A stretch of DNA of 61,514 nucleotides, filler included, from Platydemus manokwari (Eukaryota): the NCBI GenBank assembly GCA_037951405.1. It is 6 parts of 6 records of this genome, joined end to end, with 100 filler letters (N's around TTAATTAATTAA, not from the genome) between each part and the next. Parts side by side here need not be neighbours in the genome. Positions count along the whole stretch, not along the records: positions 31,899 to 43,194 come from JBBMOY010788870.1; positions 43,295 to 52,138 come from JBBMOY011340316.1; 4 more parts are not named here. One strand, 5' to 3'. The notes beneath the pieces were generated by a model. That model was not told where the DNA came from, searched no databases, and saw nothing but the letters and a program-made list of their open reading frames with translations. Below, in pieces: positions 40,751 through 52,238 of this stretch. Position 1 is the first letter of the stretch; every line of letters starts with the position of its first letter. Made by a program: the position numbers and the translations under genes.

Positions 40751-41280
40751 TAAATAAAGTTATAATTTTAAAGTAAGGGGAATAGCATTTTGAAAAAAAA
40801 GATTAATAAATGTTTGAAGTTTGCTAACTTTTCGGAGTAAATTTGAATTCAAATAATTTTGAAATAACCCAGTAATCGTATAAATTTATGTATGAACGCT
40901 AAGAGAAGAAAATCTTTGTGGGTTCTAAAAATTAAACACAACTACTTTTGATATACCTTAGATTTTTAATTGTAAATATTTATGTAACATTTGTATTTCA
41001 TATTAAAATAAATCGATAATAACTTTATTAATTCTATGTAATCATAACTAAATTTTTAAATATTTAATTAAATTTACATAGTAGCAAAATTCCAAAATAA
41101 TTAACTAAAGAAAATTTTGGTTATATTTAAGTTTAAGAAATCTAATTTCTCATGGTTTTAATTTTGTTATAAAAATTAATACGTAATTATATCGTGTTTG
41201 ATTGTGTAATTTTATTTATATAACAAGTTACAAACATTTAAAATATTTCTATTCCATACGTTTTATTATTATCTTAGAAA

Positions 41281-42438
41281 ATGAATTCCAATGGTTTTCA
41301 ACAAGCCGCATACAACAAGTACTCAAATAATGTATTAAGTGATGTAGATATAGGTAGTGATATAATAAAATCGGGCAATTTATTTATGAGCGACCCAAAA
41401 AAGTAATTAAAATTGTATTACAGTGTATGTTACTAATGTGTATTAAGACATGAAGATTTAAAATTGATGCTTGAAACTAATAAAGATTCAGCTAAATTGG
41501 AAGCTATGAAGAGAATAATAACTGTAAATATATATGTTCTATTTTAATAATTGATATTTTTAGATGGTTGCGAAAGGAAAAGATTGTGCTGATTTGTTTC
41601 CATCAGTTGTAAAAAATGTTGTATCTAAAAATGCAGAAGTTCAAATTATAATTTGTACTGAAAATATTCTGATATTAATTTATTCAGGTCAAGAAATTGG
41701 TTTATGCATATTTAACTCGTTATGCGGAAGAAAAACAAGATCTTGCTTTGTTGTCAATATCAACCTTTCAAAGAGCTCTTAAAGCAAGATCAACCGTTTT
41801 TTGTCGATTTTAATTTTAAGAAAATTGAATATAGGATCCAAATCAGTTAATCAGAGGGTCTGCTTTGCGTGTATTGTCTTCAATACGAGTACCAATGATC
41901 GTTCCCATAATGATGCTCGCCATAAAAGAATCTGTTAATGATATGTCGCCATATGTTAGAAAAATAGCTGCCCATGCTATCCCGAAGATGTACAGGTAAT
42001 ATTATATCATTTATATATTGTTATATATATGTGTGTGTGCGTGTATGTGTGTATTAATATGTATTAATATATTTTCTCTTTATTTTTATTAAATTTATTG
42101 TTAAATGGAGTCTGTGATGCTGTTTCTTATCATTTTATAGTCTGGATGTGAGTATGAAAGAGCAATTGATTGAAGTAATTGAAAAGTTGCTTGCCGACAA
42201 TACTACACTAGTTGCTGGAAGTGCTATTCAAGCATTCGAAGAGGTTTGTCCGGAAAGATTGGATCTCATTCACAAGTTGAAAGTTGAATTCATTTGATAT
42301 AATGTTGTCGATAAACCATTTAGGCATTATCGTAAACTTTGTGCCTTGCTAATTGACGTAGAAGAGTGGGGACAGGTTGTCATCATTAATATGTTGACCA
42401 GATATGCCAGAACACAATTTGTCGATCCAAATTTGGTT
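41281..42438 (+). CDS. AP3B: AP-3 complex subunit beta, 5' part; exons 41281-41402, 41448-41523, 41564-41638, 41688-41783, 41835-41995, 42141-42275, 42324-42438
   Basis: [91 protein letters not shown] and DVEEWGQV closely match AP3B1/AP3B2. Truncated by the contig end. Confidence 0.95.
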
Positions 42439-43194
42439 GTGAGTATTTTTGATATGTAAAAATAGATTTGTTTGTGTTGATAATTTGCTTTTTAATATAA
42501 TATAATTGAATGATTAATAAATCAAAATGTAAATCAAATCAAAATTTAAATCATAAATAATTGACCAATCAAAATCATCGAATTTTCTAAAATTCTGATT
42601 TCTTATAAATTAATAAATTTTCTAGAAAACTTGAAATGCTTCCATCGTTCTAATATTCTAAATTGATGGAAAAATATAATTATTTTCTATAATTTCTAAT
42701 AATTGATTGATAAAACATTTCCAATTATTGTGAATGTTTGTTTCTTAGGTTATTTATTGCAAATTATTCCAAAATATTGCACAATAATTGTCATTATCGT
42801 CATCCCGTGACCAAAACAAATATTGATACAACCAAAATAAACAGCCATAGTTCATAGTAATGAGTCACGTGTTTGATTCATGGTTGATGAAACACCAATC
42901 TTTGCTTGTGATCTCTTTATAAAAATACTTAACCTTGATAGTCTTTAACAGCATCTCCAAAAAATTATATGCCACTCTATTTGCTGTTTTTTTTCCCCTT
43001 GCGTTTGTGGATTTCATAAAGTGTGTGAAACTTGGAGTTCATTTACACTGTTTTGAATGTTACTTTTTTCCCCTTTTTTTCCACTCTTTACTTGTATTTG
43101 TTGTATTAAGGAACATTCGTTTATTTGTTATTTGCTCACGCTCTTTGATTCAATCATTTCTCGTTAACGGTTCTGTATAATTGGAGAGACTATT

Positions 43195-43294
43195 NNNNNN
43201 NNNNNNNNNNNNNNNNNNNNNNNNNNNNNNNNNNNNNNTTAATTAATTAANNNNNNNNNNNNNNNNNNNNNNNNNNNNNNNNNNNNNNNNNNNN
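43195..43294. other. Artificial contig spacer
   Basis: 44 N + TTAATTAATTAA + 44 N. Confidence 0.97.
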
Positions 43295-43502
43295 AAATCA
43301 TCTCTATTCCATTCATATCTAAATCATCTCTATTCCATTCATATCTAAATCATCTCTATTCCATTCATATCTAAATCATCTCTATTCCATGCATAACTAA
43401 ATCATCTCTATTCCATTCATAACTAAATCATCTCTATTCCATTCATATCTAAATCATCTCTATTCCATTCATATCTAAATCATCTCTATTCCATTCATAT
43501 CC
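43295..43502. repeat. 26-bp minisatellite, ~8 copies, running off the contig start
   Basis: Unit AAATCATCTCTATTCCATTCATATCT repeated head-to-tail with few substitutions. Confidence 0.95.
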
Positions 43503-43990
43503 ATATGCCGATGTAATAATTATGGTGATTTGTGTTTGATTAAGAGAGCATTGTCGTTATATGAAATCATCAATGAAAGTCCGTGTTTATTGGGTTTGGG
43601 TTACTCGGATAAAGTTACAGTTCAAGATGAAATTGGTTTTAGATGGTGCCATTTTCAGTTAATAATAAATAATGAACCGTTACAACAAACTCTTATACGT
43701 GAACATAAATATCTTTGGGATCTAATAATTGACCAATTAAGATGAGTTATTTTACACAATAATCCATCACATATAGTCTATTCGGCCATGAAATATCTTT
43801 ACAAAGTCTTTGAAACACTGTCCAAGTTCTTGAAATAATATTTCCATAAAAATAATAGCTTGTTTTATCTATATTACGGTGTTAATGAATTTGAAGATGA
43901 CAATGATTTAAACAAAATATTACATTGATTAATATTTATTGGCATTTCTGATTAACACTCTAATTAATCAATAATCACATTTTCTATCAG

Positions 43991-46900
43991 GGAATGGTCA
44001 ATGGTGGTGACAAAGAGAAATGTTTGAAAATACGTCAGACTCTTCTTCGATATTTGAATCTGGCCTGGATACTGTGTATGAGACAAGTTAGCGAACAGAT
44101 TCAGATCAGATTCAAGAACAATGATGGAGAGAACAATGAAGAATATGGAGTCCGAGATACGTTCGCTAATTTTAATAGAGATAAAAGTAAATCGATCATC
44201 AATGAGTCTGTGATATCATCAATATTCTTGTTTTGAGTTTGATTTATAAATAAGTTTAGTGCATTTATAAAATCTTGACCTTTATTATTATAGTAGGTTT
44301 ATAGTGAAAAATTATTCTGTATCATTTGAAATAATATAAATAACCTTTTCAACCTGAATCGAGGAATAATCAATGAATCGAATATTGAAAGATCATTGGA
44401 TAATTGAGTTGAGAATTGAGAAGCTTATCTTATGCAATTACGATAAAATAAATTTTTGAATGAAACTACAGAATCAGATAAGATGAGAATAAGATGTCGA
44501 TAATCAGATTATGGATATGCGTTTTTTGAGCAAGCCGAAATTATTAGACTCATAATCACAGCTTGTTTTACTAAATAGTGATGAAATATTTCATATTGTT
44601 GTCAATGTACTTTCAGAAATCCAGCTGACGTTCAGGAAAATAATCACCGATGCAGAAATTCGAGCTTTTGAAAATATTTCAGCGAAAAACTATTCCAAAA
44701 ACAAGAGCAAATATCTTCCTGAATTTTGGGTTCCAATTCAATGGTCGTCACGACTACTACAGAAAGCCTTTGTCCACGGATTTATAAGCGATCCAAGAAC
44801 TCTCAATTCAATTATTAGCGTAATTTATTCTTGAAATATTTTCGATATTTGTCATTGGTTGATTGAAAAATCGATATTCTATTAGGATTTTTTAATTTCA
44901 TATGAGTTTCAATAACTTTATAGAGTTGGACTTTAAAAGGTCGAAGCTGGGGAAACAATTACAAGCAAAACATTTTAAAATTAGCGAACATTATATTGCT
45001 GGAATTATCTAGCAGATACCCTCTCACGTTCAACATAATCTGTGCACAATTGTCACTTGCTTAAGTAAATATCGATCCATTCGATCATATATAAGATATC
45101 TTTAAATAAATACTTCTATCTAATAATAAACAATGATAGACCTCACTTCATTTATTGTTTTTAAGCTAGTCTCATCTTTCAGTCTCAATTTTATCGATCT
45201 GCTAATGATTGTTAGTAAATACATCACAATGCTCCATTTCTTCAATGATTGTCCGCGTTTATTAGACTAATCGATAGTTTTAGCTGCTTCTAAAATCGAT
45301 TTGAAAACTATTTAAGAATTTCAACCCATTAAAATATATTTGATCGAAATATTCAAACAAATTAAATATATTTTTAATTTAAAATTATTTTATTTTAAAA
45401 CCATCACATCTTCTTTTCTTGTTGAAATTTCTTTTTATTTTCTATATTCTCTATATGAAGCTCTTAATATATCCGTTATTCTCTGTATCAAAATCTCCAT
45501 ATATTTATCTATATATAAATCTCCATTCAATTTCTGTCTCTTTGTAGCGAATTTTATTTTTCCATCCATATTATCTGTATCTTTATTCCTAATATTTATT
45601 CTATATATCTCCTGTCTTCTCCATATTTTTCGTCTTCAATATGTCATTCAAATCATCTATATTCTTGTCTATACTTTCTGTCACGAGACTTCACATAATC
45701 GAATCCAGAGATGCGTGATTGCCATGGTAGCTGCTGACATTTGGTTAAGATAAGATTGAAAACGATTTAAAAATTTCAAATCAATCAAATCGATTTAATC
45801 AAATTAAATCGATTATTTATATGTTTTATACAAATATTTTTTTGTTTAAAATGTTTTAATTTTATAATGATTTGCTATTGACTGCCATTTGTTTTCAAAA
45901 TGAATCCATAAATCGATGTGAGGTCATTTTGATATTACAAATTGCTTTTGTTATGGTGCCATAGATATGATGTCATTATGGATGGTAACACAAGAAGTCA
46001 CGTAGAACAAAGACTTGTGAAAATTGTGGATTCCGTTATCACTCAATTATAAATAATATGTAAATGAAGCCTATTTTTAGTGTTTATCAAATGTGAATTT
46101 CTTCAATTATCGACACATCTAACGATTAACAATGGCAGACTAATTGGGAAGCATTGTTTCATTATATTGAATTATTTTCCAGCTTAAAACCAAGTCAGAT
46201 ATTTGCTCACAATGATTGTGAATCAGTCTATCATCGAAATTAAATTAACTTATCATTTCCCTTAACAAATACTATAATTCTTGTTCTAACCTGTCATTAA
46301 CGACAGATCTGTCAAGCAAGATTCTTTATTTGTTGAACTAATTTTCAATTTCAGGATCTCGACGTTCTCAGGGGACAAATGCATACGTTGCAGGTCTTCA
46401 ATGGAATAATGATCCCTTTGGTTTACACACAGGTTCCAAACTTGATCGATATTTCTACTTAAATTTCCTCTTTCTTAGGTGATAATTATCGCAGTTTACA
46501 GCTATTTCCTTTGTCAAATGTTCGCTTCACAATTTGTTGACCCAGAGAGCAAAATCACGGGCCACGAGGTAGATCTATACGTGCCAATATTCACAATATT
46601 CCAATTTCTGTTTTTCATGGGCTGGTTAAAGGTGTGTCAATTATTTTTGTTTTGTTTTTCATCACCTGTTGTGTCGTGGTAACATTGTTGTACCCCCCTA
46701 AAGTTTTAGTTTAAATATTTGCTTTCAAATCACTAGATCTGATAAGCGTTCTGTTTATTTTGGAAGTTTTTTTTGATATTTATTTTGCTTTATCATTACT
46801 ATAGATTTCGATATGAACCGATCTGTGTGGGTCGATTTGTTGACAAATCGTTATGTTTACTAACTGATACCTTTACAAACAAATAATGAGACGATTTGGA

Positions 46901-48710
46901 AACAATAATTGACATTTGTTGTGTATATAAAGTGAAAGTGTCACTGTAATGAAACAGTGTTCCTCAAAATGTAGAACAGGAGTTTACTAACAAATGTTTT
47001 TGATCACTTATCTTTTGGATCAATTTTTACAATAATAAGATTTTAAAAAGCCTTCTTAATAATTAAAAATATTCAGCAATCAATATATTATATCGATAAT
47101 AAATTCCTGCACTTATTAGGGATTGTAAGTCGCTATTATTTTATAAAACACGCATTGAAAACGAATTGAAAAGCCATGACACCAAAAAATTTAATTCTCG
47201 CGTCCTCTTTCGTTAAAATCTTTAATTTTCTTCGTATTTGTAATTGACTTTGTATCGAATACTCTACATATTTATTTTCATAAAAATCTATAATTCTTCT
47301 GTCTTTTTATATCCTTTTTATATATTCTTTATATCTTCTCTATATTTTAATATATTCTCTAGATATTCTCAATAGCTTCCTCCTGCTCTTCCATAATTTT
47401 CAGTCATTGATCTTAGAATTGAATCCAGATGCCTGGTCACCATATAAGCCGCTACTGTTTTATAAAACATGCATTGGAACGAACCGAAAAGTCACGACAC
47501 CAAATTATATATTTGAAAACAATTATATAATCAAATCAATGCAATTTTATATAAAATCGAAATTAAATCTTTAAAAATTTCATGCCATTAAAAGTTCCTA
47601 CATGGATGTTTATGATAATGTTTTGGACTTTAATCTTTGTAGAAAGGTTGGTGGTCGAATGAGAAAATAATGCAATGATTTGAAACGAACTGACACCGAT
47701 TATTGGTAACAATAAAAAAATATTGTCACAGAGCTATTAATATTATATATGAAAATAATATTCTCATTTGTTACCACTAAAGCTCGAAAAGAGTGCTCTA
47801 CATAATTGATATAGACGAATAAATGAACCAAGGTGATATTAAAAAGATACATTTCAGCGTCATTTTAAATTTTACATGGTCTCAAAATTATAAGTGACCT
47901 TCAAACATTGTCTCATCGTTGATAATTTTTCGATATCCAGGTTGCAATGTGTGTCATGAATCCGTTCGGAGATGACGATGAGGACTTTCAGACATCACAA
48001 ATTCTTGATGATAATCTCGATGTTACTTATCGATCGGTTACAGCTCATTCTACCATGTATCCCGAACATTTGGATCCGCCATTAATGTATTATAAAACAC
48101 AGAAAAATTGTGAAGAAGATATGCTGGAAGATTTTATGAAGGATGTCGACAGTGACTTGGAAGAAATCGAACTCTTAACAAATGAGAAAGAGTGAGCTTC
48201 TGGATTTTATTTGATTGAATTGGGTCTGTGGTTTATTTAGTGTGACCAATCTGGAGATGAAACCGAATGGATGCATTGCTTTTATGAAAAACATTTCCTG
48301 TGGTTTGTGCAGATTTGTTCGGCAAAATATTGCTTCTCCCACATGTAATAATATTAATATAATATTAATATAATATTACTATTTATAATAATAATGATAA
48401 TACTTTTTCTAAAAGTTATATTACTGAATAATAATGAGTATGATTGTTTTATAAAATATTTTATCGATCATATTTCTATCAGCTGCTAGTCCAACAAGTC
48501 CAAAAGCAAAATTCTTTCGACGTCTTAAACCACAAGTAAGATGTGAAACAATTAATGAAATTATGACATTGATTTCCTTCAGATGTCAGTAATATCGACA
48601 GAGAAATTCCAAAATGAAGTAATTGATAATCCGAAAGATATGTAAGAAATTCCGCTGATTGTCATTTTCTCTAATCATATTGCTTACACAGGCTGGTGCA
48701 AAACGTGTGA
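43991..48710 (+). CDS. BEST: Bestrophin family chloride channel, 3' part; exons 43991-44186, 44617-44819, 46355-46432, 46479-46631, 47941-48191, 48241-48344, 48483-48535, 48583-48641, 48692-48710
   Basis: RQTLLRYLNL, FWVPIQW, IPLVYTQVIIIAVYSYF, DLYVPIFTIFQFLFFMGWLKVA and NPFGDDDEDF. GT-AG junctions keep frame through to TGA at 48708-48710. 5' exons are outside the contig. Confidence 0.92.
45460..45750 (+). repeat. Partial copy of the dispersed repeat in a bestrophin intron
   Basis: Pyrimidine-rich tract followed by AATCGAATCCAGAGATGCGTGATTGCCATGGTAGCTGCT, similar to 11718-11755 and 47417-47455. Confidence 0.6.
47129..47570 (+). repeat. Dispersed repeat family, tandem copies with ~319-bp period, in a bestrophin intron
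   Basis: Core CGCTAxTxTTTTATAAAACAxGCATTG..ACGAA..GAAAAG.CA.GACACCAAA at 47131 and 47450. Confidence 0.8.
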
Positions 48711-50185
48711 CGACAGGATGCATAATAGAAAAGAAAGACGACACATATCAATCGATAAATGCGTATAACAGTCACAAGAATTTTCAGAACGTTTTAATAA
48801 TTTTATCTTCAATCTTTATATAGCATTTATCCAATTCTGATATTCTATTTGTGATGTTGAATTACCTTTATATTCTAGAGAATGTTTTTATCTATTTTTT
48901 ATACAAATTAACGAACCGCAACACAATATATAAGTCCCATATAAGATTTTCAAGTTGTTTTGGTGACTTAATCATTACTCGAAACTCTTTTCTCTATCTC
49001 ATTGAATCCGGAAACGTCCAATAATGGTTTTGATTTGACCGATTTGATCCATTGATTAAGGTGATGAGACTTTATGAATCTGTGGCTAAATTGGCTGCGG
49101 TTTGTTTCGTTAAATAGCGTACAAAACAACCTGATTTAATATATTAAATAAATAACGATAAAAAATTCAAGTATAAAATTAACTTCAAACAGGTAGTTGT
49201 CGAAAAATCTCTGGTAAATTGAATTATTTTTACTTAAATTATAAAATAAAAATACAAATCACGTGACTTTTCTGCTTTTTATTATTGATTTCTTTGACTT
49301 GTGTCAGAATTAATAATCCAAAACATTTTTCTAAAATCTATCACATTGAAATGGTGAGATAAATCTCTAATTATAAAATTATCACTGAGTCACACTCTAA
49401 GTTGATCGATTGCAATGGACAGTAGCAATTATAGAAGAGATTTGTAATTCTCATAGTCTGAACCACATATCAACGTGCTGACATTATCTGCAAACAAAAT
49501 ACATAATTGAAACCATTTTGAAAAGAATTACAAATTATGAGGAGGACTCGGATCAATAGTTGAGGTAAAATACCAAGATAATTTTTGTATGGTATTCTGG
49601 TATTTGTTGACAGAATAATGATGTAATTTTGACAAATATATTATTGTATTTTATCAAGATTATAGTTCGAAGATGTGATTCGAAATGTGATTCAGATTCC
49701 TATAAAATCTCTGTAAATTAATTTCGATAGATAATCCATTCAATTCCAGAGTGTCATTTTGTAAATAACTTAAAAATTATGCGTACCCCCATTATAACCA
49801 TTTTATTGTTTGTTTCTAAGCAATCTCTTTCCCCCTAATATTGCCTAAATATTACACAAAATTAATCAATAATAGTTTGTAATTTCAGAACAAACAATTT
49901 GTAAATAAATTACAATAAATTTTAATATGACTCATCAAAGAAAATCAATTCAAATCAATAATAATAATAAAAATCGGCTTTAACGAACCATTTACAGCTG
50001 ACATATTATGTCACAATGATGTCATAATTTTTATTAATATAATTTGAATAATATCCATTATAATAATTTTATCACAATCATTAAAACATCTCAAATTCTT
50101 TTCCTTGTGTTGTGGAAAAAATCATTTCATGTTCCGCTGGTGCAATCCATCCGCAATACATTTCAGACTTAAACGTGCAAAAAAC

Positions 50186-50479
50186 ATGCCACAAATCAAT
50201 CACGGCTGGATTCATGATGAAGATAAATCGTTTGAAAGCCATATTGATGAGTTGAATAAAATATCACTGAAAATTGTTGTCATAGTTACACATACAGAAA
50301 TTCGATTAATGTTTTTCAGTAATTTATTGATTATTTTATCGATGATAATTTTGATGATAAAAGTTGGAATAATAATTCGAAAATGGTATCGGAAAACTCG
50401 TGAAGCAAAACTGATGAATATCATCGATTTAGAAAAATCATCTTCAAATGAACAAACATCCTTGGTAACGAGAAAATGA
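50186..50479 (+). CDS. Hypothetical small single-pass membrane protein (~97 aa from the ATG at 50186)
   Basis: Open frame with a hydrophobic segment (LMFFSNLLIILSMIILMIKVGIII), a basic stop-transfer RKWYRK and an EQTSLV tail. No recognisable family. Confidence 0.35.
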   Translation: MPQINHGWIHDEDKSFESHIDELNKISLKIVVIVTHTEIRLMFFSNLLIILSMIILMIKVGIIIRKWYRKTREAKLMNIIDLEKSSSNEQTSLVTRK

Positions 50480-50971
50480 TAGAAAATAATAAAAATATCA
50501 GATAGATGAAGGCACTTAAGTGTTGTTATCAGCACTATCATTGATAATTTACTATTCCAGTTCCATGTTTGCTCGCTTTTTACATCAATAAAGTATTTGG
50601 TGAAATTTTTAGTTTGTGCTTGATTTTTATAAATTACGTGATCGATTAAGTTCCTCGTGATCATTTTAATTCTAGTTTATTAAGCAAGGAGACATTGATG
50701 ATTGAATACATTTATCAAATCATGACGTCACCTTTGTAAAATGATGAAAATGTATCAACAAGTTTGAAAATATTTGTTTCCGCTATTTGTATTCAAATTT
50801 TTAATTTTCATTTGATGTAAAAAATGGCCAATAAAATACTATTTTTAACTCTATTAAACACTCGATTGTTTCGTTATTGATAAAGTAAAAACATCAGTTG
50901 CTTCCATTATACATAATTTATTTAAAAATCGTACGCTTTTCTTTCAAAATTAAAACAAAACTCATTTTTAT

Positions 50972-51475
50972 CTAACTTCTCTCTCTCGTTGTTTTTGAGA
51001 TCCTTTTTAGCCACTCAATTCTTCAAAAATTTGGCTGTCCCCGGAAATCAAGAAGCGTTTGATGTGAGCTTAGAAATTTTAAAATTCTAAGGGGACCTTC
51101 ATAACGATCTCCGTTCTTAGTTATCTTGTGTCGCTCTTTCTACATTAAAACTTCTTCTCTAATCGCGAAAATTCTACAACCTCATTTTTAGCATCGAATT
51201 TCCTTAAGTTTGTGTCTACTGGTTTTCGCTGGTTTTCCGTTTCTTTGATGATCTGGTCGTGGTGGCTTAGTTCATTAAGTAGTAACCCATGCATATTAAT
51301 TCTTCGTCCAAAAAATATTTCAAAAGGAGAATGTCGAATTGAACTTTGATATGTTGCATTGATGATGAATTCTATCCGAGGTATTTATTTATCCCAAACC
51401 TGTTTCTCAGACAGTCCTAATCATTCTTTCAGCCAAGTCATTTGCCTGATGTTGACATGAGGAGGTAAATTCGTA
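50972..51475 (-). mobile_element. Ty3/Gypsy integrase C-terminal remnant with polypurine tract
   Basis: FTSSCQHQANDLAERMIRT, WDK*IPRIEFIINATYQSSIRHSPFEIFFGR and RYEGPLRI (GPY/F motif), then GAGAGAGAGAAG PPT at ~50976-50987. Confidence 0.8.
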
Positions 51476-51546
51476 CAGCAAAATTGATGAATATCGATTT
51501 AGAAAAATTATCTTCAAATGAGGAAACATTTTTGATAACGAGAAAA
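51471..51546 (+). repeat. Diverged duplicate of 50398-50476 (3' end of the TM ORF)
   Basis: GCAAAATTGATGAATATCGATTTAGAAAAATTATCTTCAAATGAGGAAACAT..TAACGAGAAAA aligns to 50405-50476. Confidence 0.8.
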
Positions 51547-52138
51547 TTAAAAAAATGAAATATATTATCTTGATGAAAATTTTTTTAAACTTCATAATTA
51601 ATTTAGCACAACAATCTTGTTTAATAAATTGTTAAAATCAATAAATAAATCTCTGATTTCTTGTATTTGGTAGCGATAATGTCTTGTAAATCAAAAAATC
51701 ACTTGACGACCCAACAAACAATAACCCATAGGAATAAATAATTACAAAAAAATCGTTAAATCAATGCAAATAATGATTGAATGTTGTGTAAATCACTCCG
51801 ATACAAACCAAATAAACTTGAAAAGACAAATTAATGGAAAAATAAACAACTTGAAAAAACTTAAAATATTTCTTAACGCTGATTAAATCAATTAGTTCAA
51901 GCAATTTTTGGACAAAATCTTTTGTCTGGTGCTGAAAATGGACATAAATACCGCGGCAAATCAATGGCCTTTATTAGTTTCAAAAACTAAACGATATCGA
52001 GTATCAAAATTATATGAGAAGTCATTGTTCTGTTTTTGTTATCAGAGGTAAATTGACAGACCATACCAGGTTGAGTCAAAAGTTATTCATGTTTTTATGC
52101 AGGTATTTTATTAACACAAATTGTTATAACGCTGAACA

Positions 52139-52238
52139 NNNNNNNNNNNNNNNNNNNNNNNNNNNNNNNNNNNNNNNNNNNNTTAATTAATTAANNNNNN
52201 NNNNNNNNNNNNNNNNNNNNNNNNNNNNNNNNNNNNNN
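52139..52238. other. Artificial contig spacer
   Basis: 44 N + TTAATTAATTAA + 44 N. Confidence 0.97.

Noticed and set aside
43295-43502. 26-bp repeats as a CRISPR array
   Set aside because: Units are contiguous with no unique spacers, there are no cas genes, and the context is eukaryotic. It is a minisatellite.
45340-45753. 137-aa hydrophobic ORF
   Set aside because: Arises from the pyrimidine-rich repeat inside a bestrophin intron; low-complexity I/L/F/S/Y composition.
16309-48710. Ion-channel gene cluster (ENaC, innexin, bestrophin)
   Set aside because: The genes lie on different contigs separated by artificial spacers.
50212-50664. 150-aa minus-strand ORF
   Set aside because: Antisense to the more plausible TM ORF, with no recognisable features.
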